Notes: a model not told the origin generated them from the sequence alone. A stretch of 64,000 nt of DNA from an uncultured Actinomycetota bacterium (GCA_964415365.1 CAYPYW010000002.1:26264-90263); one strand, 5' to 3'; positions 48,819-59,101 are shown, counted from the first letter of the stretch. Program-made: numbers and translations.

Positions 48819-50354
48819 CTAACTTTCATCTATCCTTGGAAACAATATTTCTCTCTGGCCGATCTTCGTTCCACCCTCGTATTTACCCCAGACTCCCTCT
48901 TCTTCAATGACCACTCCGCTAATGTCGACATTTACCCCTATCTGAGAAAATACTTTCTGACAGGTCGATGGCATAAAGGGTGCAAGCAGGATAGTCGACA
49001 GTCTTATTACTTCTATTACTTCATATAGCACTGTATCCAGTTTTTTACGGTCCTCTTCATCCTCACTCTTTGCGAGGCTCCAGGGCTGGCTGTCCTCGAT
49101 ATATTTATTAGCCATATTTATAAATTCCCAGACCTTGGCAAGATAGTCAGAAAACTTAAAATCCTGCATATATCCAAATGCTTCTTCCCTCACCTCATCC
49201 CATTTTTTTTCAAAAGCCGTATTAGAAACTTTTTCAGGAATTATGCCACCTCTGTATTTTGCAAGCATTGCCAGAGCCCTTGAAACCAGATTCCCAATAT
49301 CATTGCTTAGATCCGAATTATATCTTCTGGTAAAAGCCTTATGGGTAAAAGAACCATCTTGACCGAATGAAATTTCCCTTGTAAGGAAATACCTTATACC
49401 ATCCACCCCGTATTTATCCGACATATCATCAGGATCCAGGGTAATACCTTTGGATTTCGATAATTTCTCCTCTCCCATCAGAAGCCAGCCGTGAACCACA
49501 ATATGCTTTGGAAGCTCTATGCCCAGAGACATAAGCATAGCAGGCCAGATTATGGCGTGGAATTTTAAAATATCCTTTCCTATATGATGTTGCTCTGCCG
49601 GCCAATACCGATTAAACAAATCCTGATCTCCGGAACTATAACCTAAAGCAGAAATATAGTTTATAAGAGCATCCACCCATACATATGTATAATGGTTGGA
49701 GTCAAAAGGTATAGGAATTCCCCACTTGACTGCAGTTCTGGAAACACTTATGTCCTTAAGCCCCTGCTTTAAAATTCCCAGTACTTCGTTTTTTCTCGTC
49801 TCAGGAATTATAAAATCCGGATTGGATTCAATGTGTTTTACTAACCTATCTTCATATTTCGATAGTTTAAAAAAATAATTCTCTTCCTTTACAGACTCCA
49901 CATCTCTATTGCACTGAGGGCACTTTCCTTCTACCAGTTGAGAGTCCAAAAAAAATGTTTCACATGGTACACAATATTTACCTTCATAAATGCCCTTATA
50001 AAGATCACCATTATCTTTTAACTTTATAAGTATATTCTGGACTATTTTTTCATGTTTCTTGTCTGTAGTCCTTATATAACTATCATTACTGATGCTGTAC
50101 AATTTCAGGAGCCTTTTCATATCCTTGACTATTCCATCAACATACTCCTGTGGGGAGACACCCTTCTCTTCCGCAATTTTATTTATCTTCTGTCCATGCT
50201 CATCAGCACCGGTCAGAAAAAAAGTATTCTTCCCTGTAAGCCTGTTAAACCTGGCAACCACATCCGCCAGTATAAATTCATATATTTGACCAAGATGCAG
50301 CTTTGCATTCATATACGGAATCGCAGTGGTGATGTAAAATTTTTCACTATTCAT
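48819..50354 (-). CDS. metG: Methionyl-tRNA synthetase (short form)
   Basis: HLGQ for HIGH, KLSKSKG for KMSKS, and zinc knuckle CVPCE...CPQC. Confidence 0.9.
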   Translation of the reverse strand: MNSEKFYITTAIPYMNAKLHLGQIYEFILADVVARFNRLTGKNTFFLTGADEHGQKINKIAEEKGVSPQEYVDGIVKDMKRLLKLYSISNDSYIRTTDKKHEKIVQNILIKLKDNGDLYKGIYEGKYCVPCETFFLDSQLVEGKCPQCNRDVESVKEENYFFKLSKYEDRLVKHIESNPDFIIPETRKNEVLGILKQGLKDISVSRTAVKWGIPIPFDSNHYTYVWVDALINYISALGYSSGDQDLFNRYWPAEQHHIGKDILKFHAIIWPAMLMSLGIELPKHIVVHGWLLMGEEKLSKSKGITLDPDDMSDKYGVDGIRYFLTREISFGQDGSFTHKAFTRRYNSDLSNDIGNLVSRALAMLAKYRGGIIPEKVSNTAFEKKWDEVREEAFGYMQDFKFSDYLAKVWEFINMANKYIEDSQPWSLAKSEDEEDRKKLDTVLYEVIEVIRLSTILLAPFMPSTCQKVFSQIGVNVDISGVVIEEEGVWGKYEGGTKIGQREILFPRIDES

Positions 50355-50402
50355 AATACCCTTTTCCCAGTTATTTTTTGAGTGGATAATGACGACTTTA
50401 CC

Positions 50403-51233
50403 TTAAATTTTCGTTGCAATATTATACAATTTTTGTTTATCTATGTCATACCTGGATAATACAATTTTTAAGGCACTTTTCTTAGAAATACCCTGTTTGA
50501 GCAGGCTAACAAGCTCTCTGGTTATATCTTCTTCAGAAAAACTCTCTATAAGCTCTTTCTTATATCCTTCAACAACCAGTACTATTTCCCCCTTCACTCT
50601 TTTCTGATTTATTTCGGACAATATATCGCTTAAGCCTCCTCTTATGGTCTCTTCGTATATTTTTGTAATCTCCCTTACCAGACATGCCTTACGATTGCCA
50701 AATCTTTCCACAAGTTCTTCCATTAGAGTTTTAACCCTGTTGGGTGATTCGTAGAATATAAGAGTATAAGGAAATACAGCCAGCTCCAGGAGCTTGTTTT
50801 TTCTTTTTGCCTTCGCTTTCGGCAGAAAACCAATAAATAAAAAGTTATCTGCCGGCAGGCCTGAAAGAACGAGAGCACTAATTGCAGCACTGGGGCCAGG
50901 TATTATAGTTATGGGGATGCTTTTTTCAATACACTGACTTATTATCTTAAATCCAGGGTCCTGAATAGCTGGTGTACCTGATTCTGAAACCAGGGCAATA
51001 TTTTTACCTGCTTCCAGTTCACTGATTATATGATTGATTCTGCTTTCTTTGCTAAAATCATGATAGCTTATTATATCTCTTTTAAAAATATCATACTTTT
51101 GAAGCAGTTTCTTTGTGGTCCTCGTGTCCTCCGCAGCAATCAAGTCTACTTCCCTTAGAATTCTTATAAGCCTTAAACTAACATCTTCAAGATTACCAAT
51201 CGGCGTTGCACAAATAAAAAGAGTACCTTTAAT
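50403..51233 (-). CDS. rsmI: 16S rRNA (cytidine1402-2'-O)-methyltransferase RsmI; start re-placed at a probable ATT (AUU) codon
   Basis: The conserved N-terminus KGTLFICATPIGNLEDVSLR lies upstream of the track's TTG start. The only start-like codon in frame after the preceding TAG is ATT, 5 nt downstream of GGAGGAG. Confidence 0.75.
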   Translation of the reverse strand: MKGTLFICATPIGNLEDVSLRLIRILREVDLIAAEDTRTTKKLLQKYDIFKRDIISYHDFSKESRINHIISELEAGKNIALVSESGTPAIQDPGFKIISQCIEKSIPITIIPGPSAAISALVLSGLPADNFLFIGFLPKAKAKRKNKLLELAVFPYTLIFYESPNRVKTLMEELVERFGNRKACLVREITKIYEETIRGGLSDILSEINQKRVKGEIVLVVEGYKKELIESFSEEDITRELVSLLKQGISKKSALKIVLSRYDIDKQKLYNIATKI

Positions 51234-51264
51234 TTTTTCTCCTCCACTCTATCGCTCTTGAATC

Positions 51265-51765
51265 CTATTTTATTTCTTTAAACATCTCTTTTGGATTTCC
51301 ACAGATAGGACACCTGTCCGGTGCAGCGCCCTCTACAGTATTTCCACAGACCTGGCATACAAAAATAGGAGTATCTTCATTGTTCCCTATATTGTCCAGA
51401 TATTTCTTATATAACTCAGCATGCACCTGTTCGACCTTATTGGCAAAAACAAAACTTTCCCTTGCTTTTTCCGCATTTTCACTTTTTGCCTCCTCAATCA
51501 TTCTAGGATACATTTCCTTAAACTCAAAAGTTTCTCCACTTACCGCAGCTTTTAGATTTTCCTCTGTGGATTTAATCCCATCCATTGCTTTTAGATGGTT
51601 GAGCGCATGCACAGTTTCTGCTCCTGCCGCAGCTCTAAAGAGTTTCGCTATCTGGGGATAGCCATCCAGGTCAGCTTTTCTTGCAAAAGCTAGATATTTT
51701 CTATTTGCCTGTGATTCCCCTGCAAAGGCATCTGCCAGATTTTTTAAAGTTTTATCACCCGTCAT
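51265..51765 (-). CDS. rbr: Rubrerythrin
   Basis: Ferritin-like diiron motifs ...AGESQA...ETVHA...E.KEM.., and the C-terminal rubredoxin-like CQVCG...CPICG. ATG at 51765 has GGAGAGGAG upstream; the track ORF is over-extended. Confidence 0.85.
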   Translation of the reverse strand: MTGDKTLKNLADAFAGESQANRKYLAFARKADLDGYPQIAKLFRAAAGAETVHALNHLKAMDGIKSTEENLKAAVSGETFEFKEMYPRMIEEAKSENAEKARESFVFANKVEQVHAELYKKYLDNIGNNEDTPIFVCQVCGNTVEGAAPDRCPICGNPKEMFKEIK

Positions 51766-51796
51766 CTTTTTTCTCCTCTCCTCCATTAAATTTATA

Positions 51797-52210
51797 TTAT
51801 TTATCTCTTTTACATTTATCACATATACCCTCAAAAATAATCTTTGAGTTTAATATATTAAACTTCCTGCTTATGCTTTCCGGTACTTCTATACAGTAGG
51901 AATCATCGTGGATATCTATAATATTATCACACTTCATGCACCTGAAATGATAATGTCTGTTTCTATCACCATCGAATCTCTTCGGTTCACCGGGAAGCGT
52001 CAGAATATCGGCAACACCTATTCTAGAGAAAGTCATAAGCGTTCTATAAACTGTATCGAAAGAAATGGTGGGAAATATTTTTTTTACTTTTTTATAAAGA
52101 ATTTCTGCACTGGGATGGTCCTTTGACTCCACCAACTCTTTATAAATTAAACTCCTTTGGGGTGTGACTTTTAAATTATTCTCTTTACATAATTTAATAA
52201 AAGATTCCAT
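51797..52210 (-). CDS. perR: Fur-family regulator, PerR-like
   Basis: KVTPQRSLIYKEL...HPSAEILYKKV...ISFDTVYRTL DNA-binding domain, plus HYHFRC..C...C..C metal sites. Confidence 0.75.
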   Translation of the reverse strand: MESFIKLCKENNLKVTPQRSLIYKELVESKDHPSAEILYKKVKKIFPTISFDTVYRTLMTFSRIGVADILTLPGEPKRFDGDRNRHYHFRCMKCDNIIDIHDDSYCIEVPESISRKFNILNSKIIFEGICDKCKRDK

Positions 52211-52240
52211 AGCAATTCCCTGGACTCTAAATAGTTAAAA

Positions 52241-52264
52241 TTATTATATAATAACAATTATTAT
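52241..52264. promoter_or_regulatory. Per/Fur-box-like palindrome upstream of perR
   Basis: TTATTATATAATAACAATTATTAT: TTATTAT/ATAATAA half-sites arranged as abutting and 3-nt-spaced inverted repeats, 30-55 bp upstream of the perR start. Confidence 0.4.
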
Positions 52265-52326
52265 CCGTCAATTAATAGGCCAACCCGAACTTGAAAAAAA
52301 ACTGATATTAAGTCAGAATTTAAAAT

Positions 52327-53346
52327 ATGAAACTTAAAAATTTACCCAGGTTTCCCAAAAGAATCATAATTTCAGCTATTATTCTGATTTTCATCTATTT
52401 CCTTGGTTCTCTGGGGTATATGATAATTGAGGATATGACCTTTCTGGATTCACTTTTTATGACTACCATAACCATAACCACAGTTGGTTATGGGGTAGTA
52501 AAAGAACTTTCAAAAATTGGAACTATTTTCACTATTTTGCTAATTATAACTGGTACCGGAACAGCAGCTTATATTCTAATCAACTTAACAGATTTTGTCC
52601 TGAGTGAATTTTTACTAGGAAGAATTGAAAAGAGAAGGAAAATAAAAATGATATCAAAACTAAAAAACCATTATATAATTTGTGGGCTGGGAAGGGTAGG
52701 ACTTGAAATTGCGAATGAATTGGCTAGCAAGAAAATCGAATTCATAATAGTAGATAACGCTGACGGTCCTATCGAAACAGCCAGACAAAATAACTGGCTG
52801 TACATTCAGGGTGACGCATCCAATGACGAAATACTACTGGAAACACAGATAACCAGAGCTAAGGGTTTGTTTGCGGCATTAGATACCGATTCGGAGAATG
52901 TCTATATTACCCTCTCCGCTAAATCCTTAAATCCATCTATCTTCGTTGTAGCCAGAGCAACCGTACATGAAACTATAAACAAATTAGAAAAAGCAGGAGC
53001 AGATAGAGTAGTTTCCCCTCAGATAATCGGGGGTAGAAGAATGGCCTCTATGGCTCTCCAGCCCTCAATATGTGACTTTTTGGATACCATAATGCAAACA
53101 GAAGAAGACGAAATCGGACTGGCAGAGATTGAGATCACACCAAACAGCAGGATAGACGACACAACCATAAGTGAAGCTGGAAAGAAATATGGAATTGAAG
53201 CTCTGATAATATCTGTAATTGAAAAAGGAGAAAAAATTTCAGTTAAAAAAGCAAGCGGAAATACGAATATGAAATCCGGCCATAAAATAATCGCTATTGG
53301 AACCAGTAGCCAGATCAGATACCTGACAGATTTAGCATCCAGGTAA
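52327..53346 (+). CDS. Two-TM K+ channel with RCK (TrkA-N/TrkA-C) gating domains (MthK-like)
   Basis: TVGYG selectivity filter, then IICGLGRVG Rossmann motif of RCK/TrkA-N and a C-terminal TrkA-C-like segment. Confidence 0.8.
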   Translation: MKLKNLPRFPKRIIISAIILIFIYFLGSLGYMIIEDMTFLDSLFMTTITITTVGYGVVKELSKIGTIFTILLIITGTGTAAYILINLTDFVLSEFLLGRIEKRRKIKMISKLKNHYIICGLGRVGLEIANELASKKIEFIIVDNADGPIETARQNNWLYIQGDASNDEILLETQITRAKGLFAALDTDSENVYITLSAKSLNPSIFVVARATVHETINKLEKAGADRVVSPQIIGGRRMASMALQPSICDFLDTIMQTEEDEIGLAEIEITPNSRIDDTTISEAGKKYGIEALIISVIEKGEKISVKKASGNTNMKSGHKIIAIGTSSQIRYLTDLASR

Positions 53347-53572
53347 TTACAGTGCACAACAACTGCTTCATCCTCCATTAAATCTGCCAGATTCTACCCT
53401 GAAGAAGTAGTTTGTATCAGATATAACCAGAGTTCTACAAAAGAACACGATGATAAAAAAACCTGTTTAATGGAGACAATTATGAATCTTGAAGAACTAA
53501 GAGAATACCGATTTGAAATAGAACAGGAAAATATATCTATATATAATAATTGACAAGTAAGGGAGGCAGGCA

Positions 53573-54565
53573 ATGAACAAGTCCAGGCAAACAATTGTAG
53601 GTTCTGCATTACCAAATATGCCCTGGGAGGAAAAACCTAAAGGTTACAAGTACGTAGTATGGCGTTATGAGAAAAATCCTATCATACCCAGGGATCTCAT
53701 ACCTTCTTCAAATAGTATCTTCAACAGTGCTGTTGTGCCATTTAAAGGTGAATTCGCAGGAGTCTTTCGCTGTGATGACAGGCGACGCAATCAGCAGCTT
53801 CACAACGGCAAAAGTAAGGATGGCATTAACTGGAAGATAGAGAACGAACGCATCGTATTTACCTGTGATGACCCTGAAGTAGGTAACTTCGTTTATGGTT
53901 ATGACCCTCGCATATGCTGGATTGAGGACAGGTATTACGTTACCTGGTGCAACTGGTATTATGGTCCCACAATAGGTGTTGGGTATACGTATGATTTTAA
54001 AAAATTCTATCAGCTTGAAAACGCATACCTGCCTTTTAACAGGAACGGGGTATTATTCCCCAGGAAAATAAAGGGTAAATATGCCATGTTGAACCGCCCA
54101 AGCGACAGCGGTCATACACCTTTTGGAGATATCTTCTACAGTGAAAGCCCTGATATGTGCCACTGGGGCAAGCACCGCCACGTTATGTCTCCTACTTACG
54201 GATGGCAGGCCACCAAGGTAGGAGCAGGCCCAACACCTATCGAAACCAAAGAGGGATGGCTGCTAATATATCACGGCGTTTTAACCTCATGTAATGGGTT
54301 TGTGTACAGTATGGGTGCCGCACTACTTGATATTGATGAGCCCTGGAAGGTTTTGTACAGGACCGAGCCTTATTTACTTTCACCACAAAAAATATATGAG
54401 TGTGTTGGAGATGTGCCTAATGTAGCATTTCCATGTGCTGCACTTTGTGATGCACCAACCGGGCGCATAGCAATCTATTACGGAGGTGCTGACACAGTTA
54501 CCTGCCTTGCCTTTACACAGGTGGATGAGCTTATTGATTTTATCAAATCAAATTCAAAGGTGTAG
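53573..54565 (+). CDS. Glycoside hydrolase family 130 (beta-mannoside phosphorylase-like)
   Basis: [21 protein letters not shown]...YGYDPRI...WLLIYHGV motifs; GGAGG RBS. Confidence 0.8.
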   Translation: MNKSRQTIVGSALPNMPWEEKPKGYKYVVWRYEKNPIIPRDLIPSSNSIFNSAVVPFKGEFAGVFRCDDRRRNQQLHNGKSKDGINWKIENERIVFTCDDPEVGNFVYGYDPRICWIEDRYYVTWCNWYYGPTIGVGYTYDFKKFYQLENAYLPFNRNGVLFPRKIKGKYAMLNRPSDSGHTPFGDIFYSESPDMCHWGKHRHVMSPTYGWQATKVGAGPTPIETKEGWLLIYHGVLTSCNGFVYSMGAALLDIDEPWKVLYRTEPYLLSPQKIYECVGDVPNVAFPCAALCDAPTGRIAIYYGGADTVTCLAFTQVDELIDFIKSNSKV

Positions 54566-54639
54566 TCACAGTTAACTTCAATAGTTTGAAAACCAACTAC
54601 ATCACTGTACAGTCAAATCCTTATGAACTCTGGAATATT

Positions 54640-55311
54640 CTATAAGTCATCATGAAAAACTTTATAATCACCGCTCAGGAAGTACAAAACTCTCTCTCCT
54701 ATATTTACGGACTGATCTCCTATCCTTTCCAGGTATCTACTTGCCAGCACAATATTTGTTATAAACTTAATATCCTCCTCGCTGCACTTACGGGAGGTAA
54801 ATAATCTTCTGAAAATCATTTTCTGAATCTCATCTACCATATCGTCAGATTTCCCTAACTTTGAGGCCAATTTTATATCCTTGTTCTTAAAAGATTCAAG
54901 AGCCCTGTTCAACTCTGGTTTAACTAAATTTCCCATCTCAATCAGCAGATCCATAATCTCCTTATCAAGATACTTCTTTTTCTCTTTTGCCAGCCTTCTT
55001 ACAATTTTAGAAATATTCACTGCAAGATCACCGATTCTTTCCAGATACTTGATAATTATACTGACAGAATGTAAGTATCTTAAGTCTCTGGCCACTGGTT
55101 GATGTTCAGCTTGCAGAACAATACATTTTTCCTCTATTAAAATATCACTTTCGTCAATTTTTTCGTCTCTATCTATAACCTTCTGAGCTAGATCTGTATT
55201 CATTCCTACGAAAGCCTCTATCGAATTATATACTGCTTCCTGTACCAGACTTCCCATTAATACAACATCCTCACTAATCTCTTCTAGCTTATGGTAGAAA
55301 GTTTTTCTCAT
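54640..55311 (-). CDS. phoU: Phosphate signalling complex protein PhoU
   Basis: Duplicated PhoU helical repeats (...ERIGD...). Confidence 0.85.
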   Translation of the reverse strand: MRKTFYHKLEEISEDVVLMGSLVQEAVYNSIEAFVGMNTDLAQKVIDRDEKIDESDILIEEKCIVLQAEHQPVARDLRYLHSVSIIIKYLERIGDLAVNISKIVRRLAKEKKKYLDKEIMDLLIEMGNLVKPELNRALESFKNKDIKLASKLGKSDDMVDEIQKMIFRRLFTSRKCSEEDIKFITNIVLASRYLERIGDQSVNIGERVLYFLSGDYKVFHDDL

Positions 55312-55312
55312 C

Positions 55313-56185
55313 TTATTCCTTCCTTCCCAGTCTGAACCGGGCTCTTATAATAGCGCCGGAAGCAGCAAAAATCAATACCAGTATTAACAGCACCAGCGCA
55401 GTGCCCCATTGCATATCTTCCGGAGTATCTGTTAACTGTGTTGCAAGAACATACAAGTGATAGGGTAATGCCATAACCTGGCTAAAAATGGAATTGGGCA
55501 GATTTGGCTGTGAAAATGCAGCAACCGTAAATATTATGGGAGCAGTTTCTCCTGCTGCTCTGCCGATTCCAATAACCGAACCTGTTATTATTCCAGGCAT
55601 AGCTTGCGGTAATACTACTTTCACTATTGTCTGCCATTTAGTAGCTCCCAGAGCCAGTGAGGCGTGGCGGTAAGAATCAGGAACCGTTTTTAACGCTTCT
55701 TCAGTGGCTGTTATTACCACCGGTAAAATAAGAAATGCGAGAGTTAAAGAACCAGCAAGAATTGACCTGCCGAACCTAAGCAAAATAACAAAAAATCCCA
55801 GACCAAATAAACCAAAAACTACTGAAGGCACCCCGGACATATTTATAATGGACAGCCTTATTATCCTGGTCAGTCGGTTCCTTGAAGCATACTCATTTAG
55901 ATAAATTGCTGCCAGGACTCCAATTGGTAGTGAAAATATGAGGGTTCCTATTACCAAATACAAAGTTCCTAAAATTGCCGGGAAAATACCACCTTCTCTC
56001 ATCCCCGCCCTGGGCTTTTGTGATAGGAATTCCCAGCTTATTGCACCGCTTCCTTTAACTATCAAATATATTATTATACCCAGAACAAAAGCTATAACTA
56101 CCAGAGTTAAGAAAAGTAGAAAAGTATAGGAAATCTTCTCTGTAACCATTTTTCTTCTCTTACTTATTTCTATGCCTTCTCCCAC
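55313..56185 (-). CDS. pstA: Phosphate ABC transporter permease PstA
   Basis: PstA-type six-TM permease with EAALALGATKWQT motif. Confidence 0.85.
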   Translation of the reverse strand: MGEGIEISKRRKMVTEKISYTFLLFLTLVVIAFVLGIIIYLIVKGSGAISWEFLSQKPRAGMREGGIFPAILGTLYLVIGTLIFSLPIGVLAAIYLNEYASRNRLTRIIRLSIINMSGVPSVVFGLFGLGFFVILLRFGRSILAGSLTLAFLILPVVITATEEALKTVPDSYRHASLALGATKWQTIVKVVLPQAMPGIITGSVIGIGRAAGETAPIIFTVAAFSQPNLPNSIFSQVMALPYHLYVLATQLTDTPEDMQWGTALVLLILVLIFAASGAIIRARFRLGRKE

Positions 56186-56192
56186 TATTTAC

Positions 56193-57080
56193 CTAACTTT
56201 CCCTTATTTTGCTTATAAATCTGTCGGATACAAAGTTTATCAAAAAAGTAATCAAAAACAGAATAAGGCCAATAGCAAATAAAGACGAATAATGAAGCCC
56301 GCCTTGAACAGTTTCCCCCATTTCTGCAGCAATAGTAGCAGTAATGGTCCTGACCGGCTGGAGCCATGAAAACACAATTCGGGGTGAGTTACCGGTTACC
56401 ATAAGAACCGTCATTGTCTCACCCACAATTCTACCCAGGCCCAACATCACAGCTGCAACCATACCCGATGATGCTGAGGGTATTACGGTCTTATGGGTCG
56501 TTTCCCACCTTGTTGCACCAAGAGCAATAGAAGCATACCTGTACCTATTCGGTACAGCATTTATTGCGTCCTCAGAAATAGATATGATAGTAGGCAAACT
56601 CATAAAAGCCAGCATTACTGAGCCAGTAAGCGCAGTAAGTCCTATACTAAGATTGAAGAGGTCTTTTATTATGGGAGCAAGAAGTTTAATGCCAATAAAC
56701 CCAATGACAACAGAGGGAATAGTAGCCAGTATCTCAATTATTGGCTTTAGTATTTCTCTCACCACTCTGGGAGCCAGTTCTCCGATATAAATGGCACTTC
56801 CTATGCCAAGAGGCACAGCAATTACAATGGCACCAAATGTTACCAGCAGTGAGCCGGTCAACAGGGGAAGAAACCCAAATTTTTCAAGTACTGTGGGAGA
56901 CCATTTCTGGCCAGTCAAAAATTCTAATATTGGATAAGATGAAAAAAATCTTATAGAATTTGCAATCAAGAAAGCAAGTATTAAACCCAGGACTATAATA
57001 GAAATTATTCCATTTAAGAAAACAAATCTGTAGATTATAAAGTTTTTAATATTTCTCAGTCTGATCTTTAACCGAGCCAT
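56193..57080 (-). CDS. pstC: Phosphate ABC transporter permease PstC
   Basis: PstC-type permease with ASIALGATRWETT motif. Confidence 0.85.
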   Translation of the reverse strand: MARLKIRLRNIKNFIIYRFVFLNGIISIIVLGLILAFLIANSIRFFSSYPILEFLTGQKWSPTVLEKFGFLPLLTGSLLVTFGAIVIAVPLGIGSAIYIGELAPRVVREILKPIIEILATIPSVVIGFIGIKLLAPIIKDLFNLSIGLTALTGSVMLAFMSLPTIISISEDAINAVPNRYRYASIALGATRWETTHKTVIPSASSGMVAAVMLGLGRIVGETMTVLMVTGNSPRIVFSWLQPVRTITATIAAEMGETVQGGLHYSSLFAIGLILFLITFLINFVSDRFISKIRES

Positions 57081-57141
57081 AAATTAATTTTAAAAGAAAT
57101 ATAATTATTTTTCTATTTAAACTTTCAAATCAAAGCTACTG

Positions 57142-57181
57142 GAGCTGCGGGAGAGATTTTGTAAGCCTTTCCCCGCAGCTC
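57142..57181 (-). promoter_or_regulatory. GC-rich intercistronic hairpin between pstS and pstC (attenuator or mRNA-stabiliser candidate)
   Basis: Perfect 10-bp stem GAGCTGCGGG/CCCGCAGCTC with a 20-nt loop, in an otherwise AT-rich spacer. Confidence 0.45.
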
Positions 57182-57229
57182 TTCTTATCCTGCTTGCTGT
57201 AGCGTAACCGGCCAAAAGGAGTGCAAACT

Positions 57230-58249
57230 TTAATTAAGTGGAACAAATCCTTCTTCCAGCCCTATATCCTGACCTTCATCGCTGAGCACAAAATTTATAT
57301 ATGCCTGACCTATTTCAGTCAGATCCTTCCCTGGTGCATAGATATACAGTCCTCTCGATATGGGATAAGAGTTGTCCTTCACTGTATCTATCGAAGGCTC
57401 AATGCCCTCAACTTTTACACTTTTTAAAGATTCTTCAAGATACCCTAATCCTATATAGCCTATAGCATTATCAATTTCCTTTATCTGGTTCACAACATCG
57501 GCATTCGACTGAAGCCTTATAGCAGTTTCAGAATAGTCATTATCTTCCATAGTTTTGCCCAGTTGAACTACTTCCTCTAGGAAATATTCGCCGGTACCTG
57601 AACTGGAATCCCTGGCAATTATAACTATTTCTGCATCATTTCCACCAACATCCTGCCAGTTCGTAATTTCCCCGGTATATATTCCGGAAAGCTGCTCTAT
57701 AGTAATATTCTCTACGGGAACATCATTACTTACTATAACGGCAATCCCATCATAAAGAACCATGTATTCCTGAACATCAAGGCCAGCATCCTTTGCTGAT
57801 TCCAGTTCCCCATCCTTTATCTTTCTTGAGGAATTGGCAAGATCGTTAATGCCGTTAATCATATCAGCAATACCACCTCCGGAACCTCCACCATTTATAG
57901 TAATTGTTCCCCCATATTTTTCCATAAATGCAGATGCCCATGCTTCCGAAACCTGAAGCAGTGTAGTTGAGCCTGATATCACCAGTTCCTGGCCTTCATA
58001 AGTAAGGCTCCCATTTTCTTCTTCCTTACTTGCCTCTTCCTGAGTAGTTCCCTCTTCATTAACTTCTTCAGCTTCCGCCGTTGTTTCTTCGGCTGTTGTT
58101 GCTTCCTCAGAAGCTTTCTCAATGTCTTTACAACCTGGCAGTATCATACTGCTTATAAGTAAAACTGGCACAATCAAACTGATTAATAATAAAAGCTTAC
58201 TTCTTTTCAACTTTCTATCCTCCTTACACATAATCGATTTCAAAAACAT
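57230..58249 (-). CDS. pstS: Phosphate-binding lipoprotein PstS
   Basis: Lipobox LPGCKD, a Thr/Glu-rich linker, then the PstS fold with ...GSTT..SGSGGG... motifs. Confidence 0.85.
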   Translation of the reverse strand: MFLKSIMCKEDRKLKRSKLLLLISLIVPVLLISSMILPGCKDIEKASEEATTAEETTAEAEEVNEEGTTQEEASKEEENGSLTYEGQELVISGSTTLLQVSEAWASAFMEKYGGTITINGGGSGGGIADMINGINDLANSSRKIKDGELESAKDAGLDVQEYMVLYDGIAVIVSNDVPVENITIEQLSGIYTGEITNWQDVGGNDAEIVIIARDSSSGTGEYFLEEVVQLGKTMEDNDYSETAIRLQSNADVVNQIKEIDNAIGYIGLGYLEESLKSVKVEGIEPSIDTVKDNSYPISRGLYIYAPGKDLTEIGQAYINFVLSDEGQDIGLEEGFVPLN

Positions 58250-58314
58250 GAAAAGATTAACATATAAAGATGGATCTTTGGTTAAAAAAGAATTAAATAA
58301 ATATTAAAAAAATA

Positions 58315-59025
58315 TTAAATACTATCCGTAATCTTGTAGCCGTACCCGTGAACTGTTTTTATGAATCTCTTACCGAATTCCTTGTATGCCATTTTCCCTC
58401 TTATTCTCCTTATATGAACATCAAGGGTTCTCGTATCCCCGTAATAATCGTCACCCCATACCGTTTTTACTAATTCCATACGGGGAATCAACCTATTTAG
58501 ATTCTTCAATAAAAGTAAAACAATCTGGAACTCTTTGGGATTTAAATGGATTTTTTCAGAATCAAGGAACACTTCATGTCTGGTTTCATCAATTGCCAGC
58601 TTCACTTCCTTAAAAATAAATTCTCTTTTGGCAGTCCCGTCCGAACCCTTATCCGTACTATCCTTAACTCTCCTGAACACATTCTTTACCCTTGCTATTA
58701 GCTCCCTTACTCCAAATGGCTTGACTATATAATCATCAGCGCCCAGTTCCAATCCCAAAACTTTATCAAGCTCCTCACTTCTGGCACTTAAAATAATTAC
58801 CGGTACATCAGACTTTTTCTTAATATCCCTACATACATCAAAACCATCCAGATCAGGAAGCATTAAATCAAGTATAACCAGGCTCGGTTTTATCCTGGTA
58901 AAAGACTCCAAAAAGCTCTTGCCATCCCTGAAACTTTTAACTTTATAACCATTCTTTATTAAATTATATTCCAGAATCTCACAGATGTTTTCCTCATCAT
59001 CTACAACATAGATTAATTTTTCCAT
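58315..59025 (-). CDS. phoB: OmpR-family response regulator of the phosphate regulon (PhoB/PhoP)
   Basis: Receiver domain (DDE...D...K) with a winged-helix C-terminus; sits next to phoR and pst. Confidence 0.85.
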   Translation of the reverse strand: MEKLIYVVDDEENICEILEYNLIKNGYKVKSFRDGKSFLESFTRIKPSLVILDLMLPDLDGFDVCRDIKKKSDVPVIILSARSEELDKVLGLELGADDYIVKPFGVRELIARVKNVFRRVKDSTDKGSDGTAKREFIFKEVKLAIDETRHEVFLDSEKIHLNPKEFQIVLLLLKNLNRLIPRMELVKTVWGDDYYGDTRTLDVHIRRIRGKMAYKEFGKRFIKTVHGYGYKITDSI

Positions 59026-59101
59026 AGACTACTTGATATAATATATTTAATCTTTCATGTGCCACATAGATAATAATAGAATAACATTATATTCTTAATT
59101 A

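Noticed and set aside
53470-53553. 27-codon ORF upstream of the GH130 gene
   Set aside because: No RBS, no conservation signal; likely chance.
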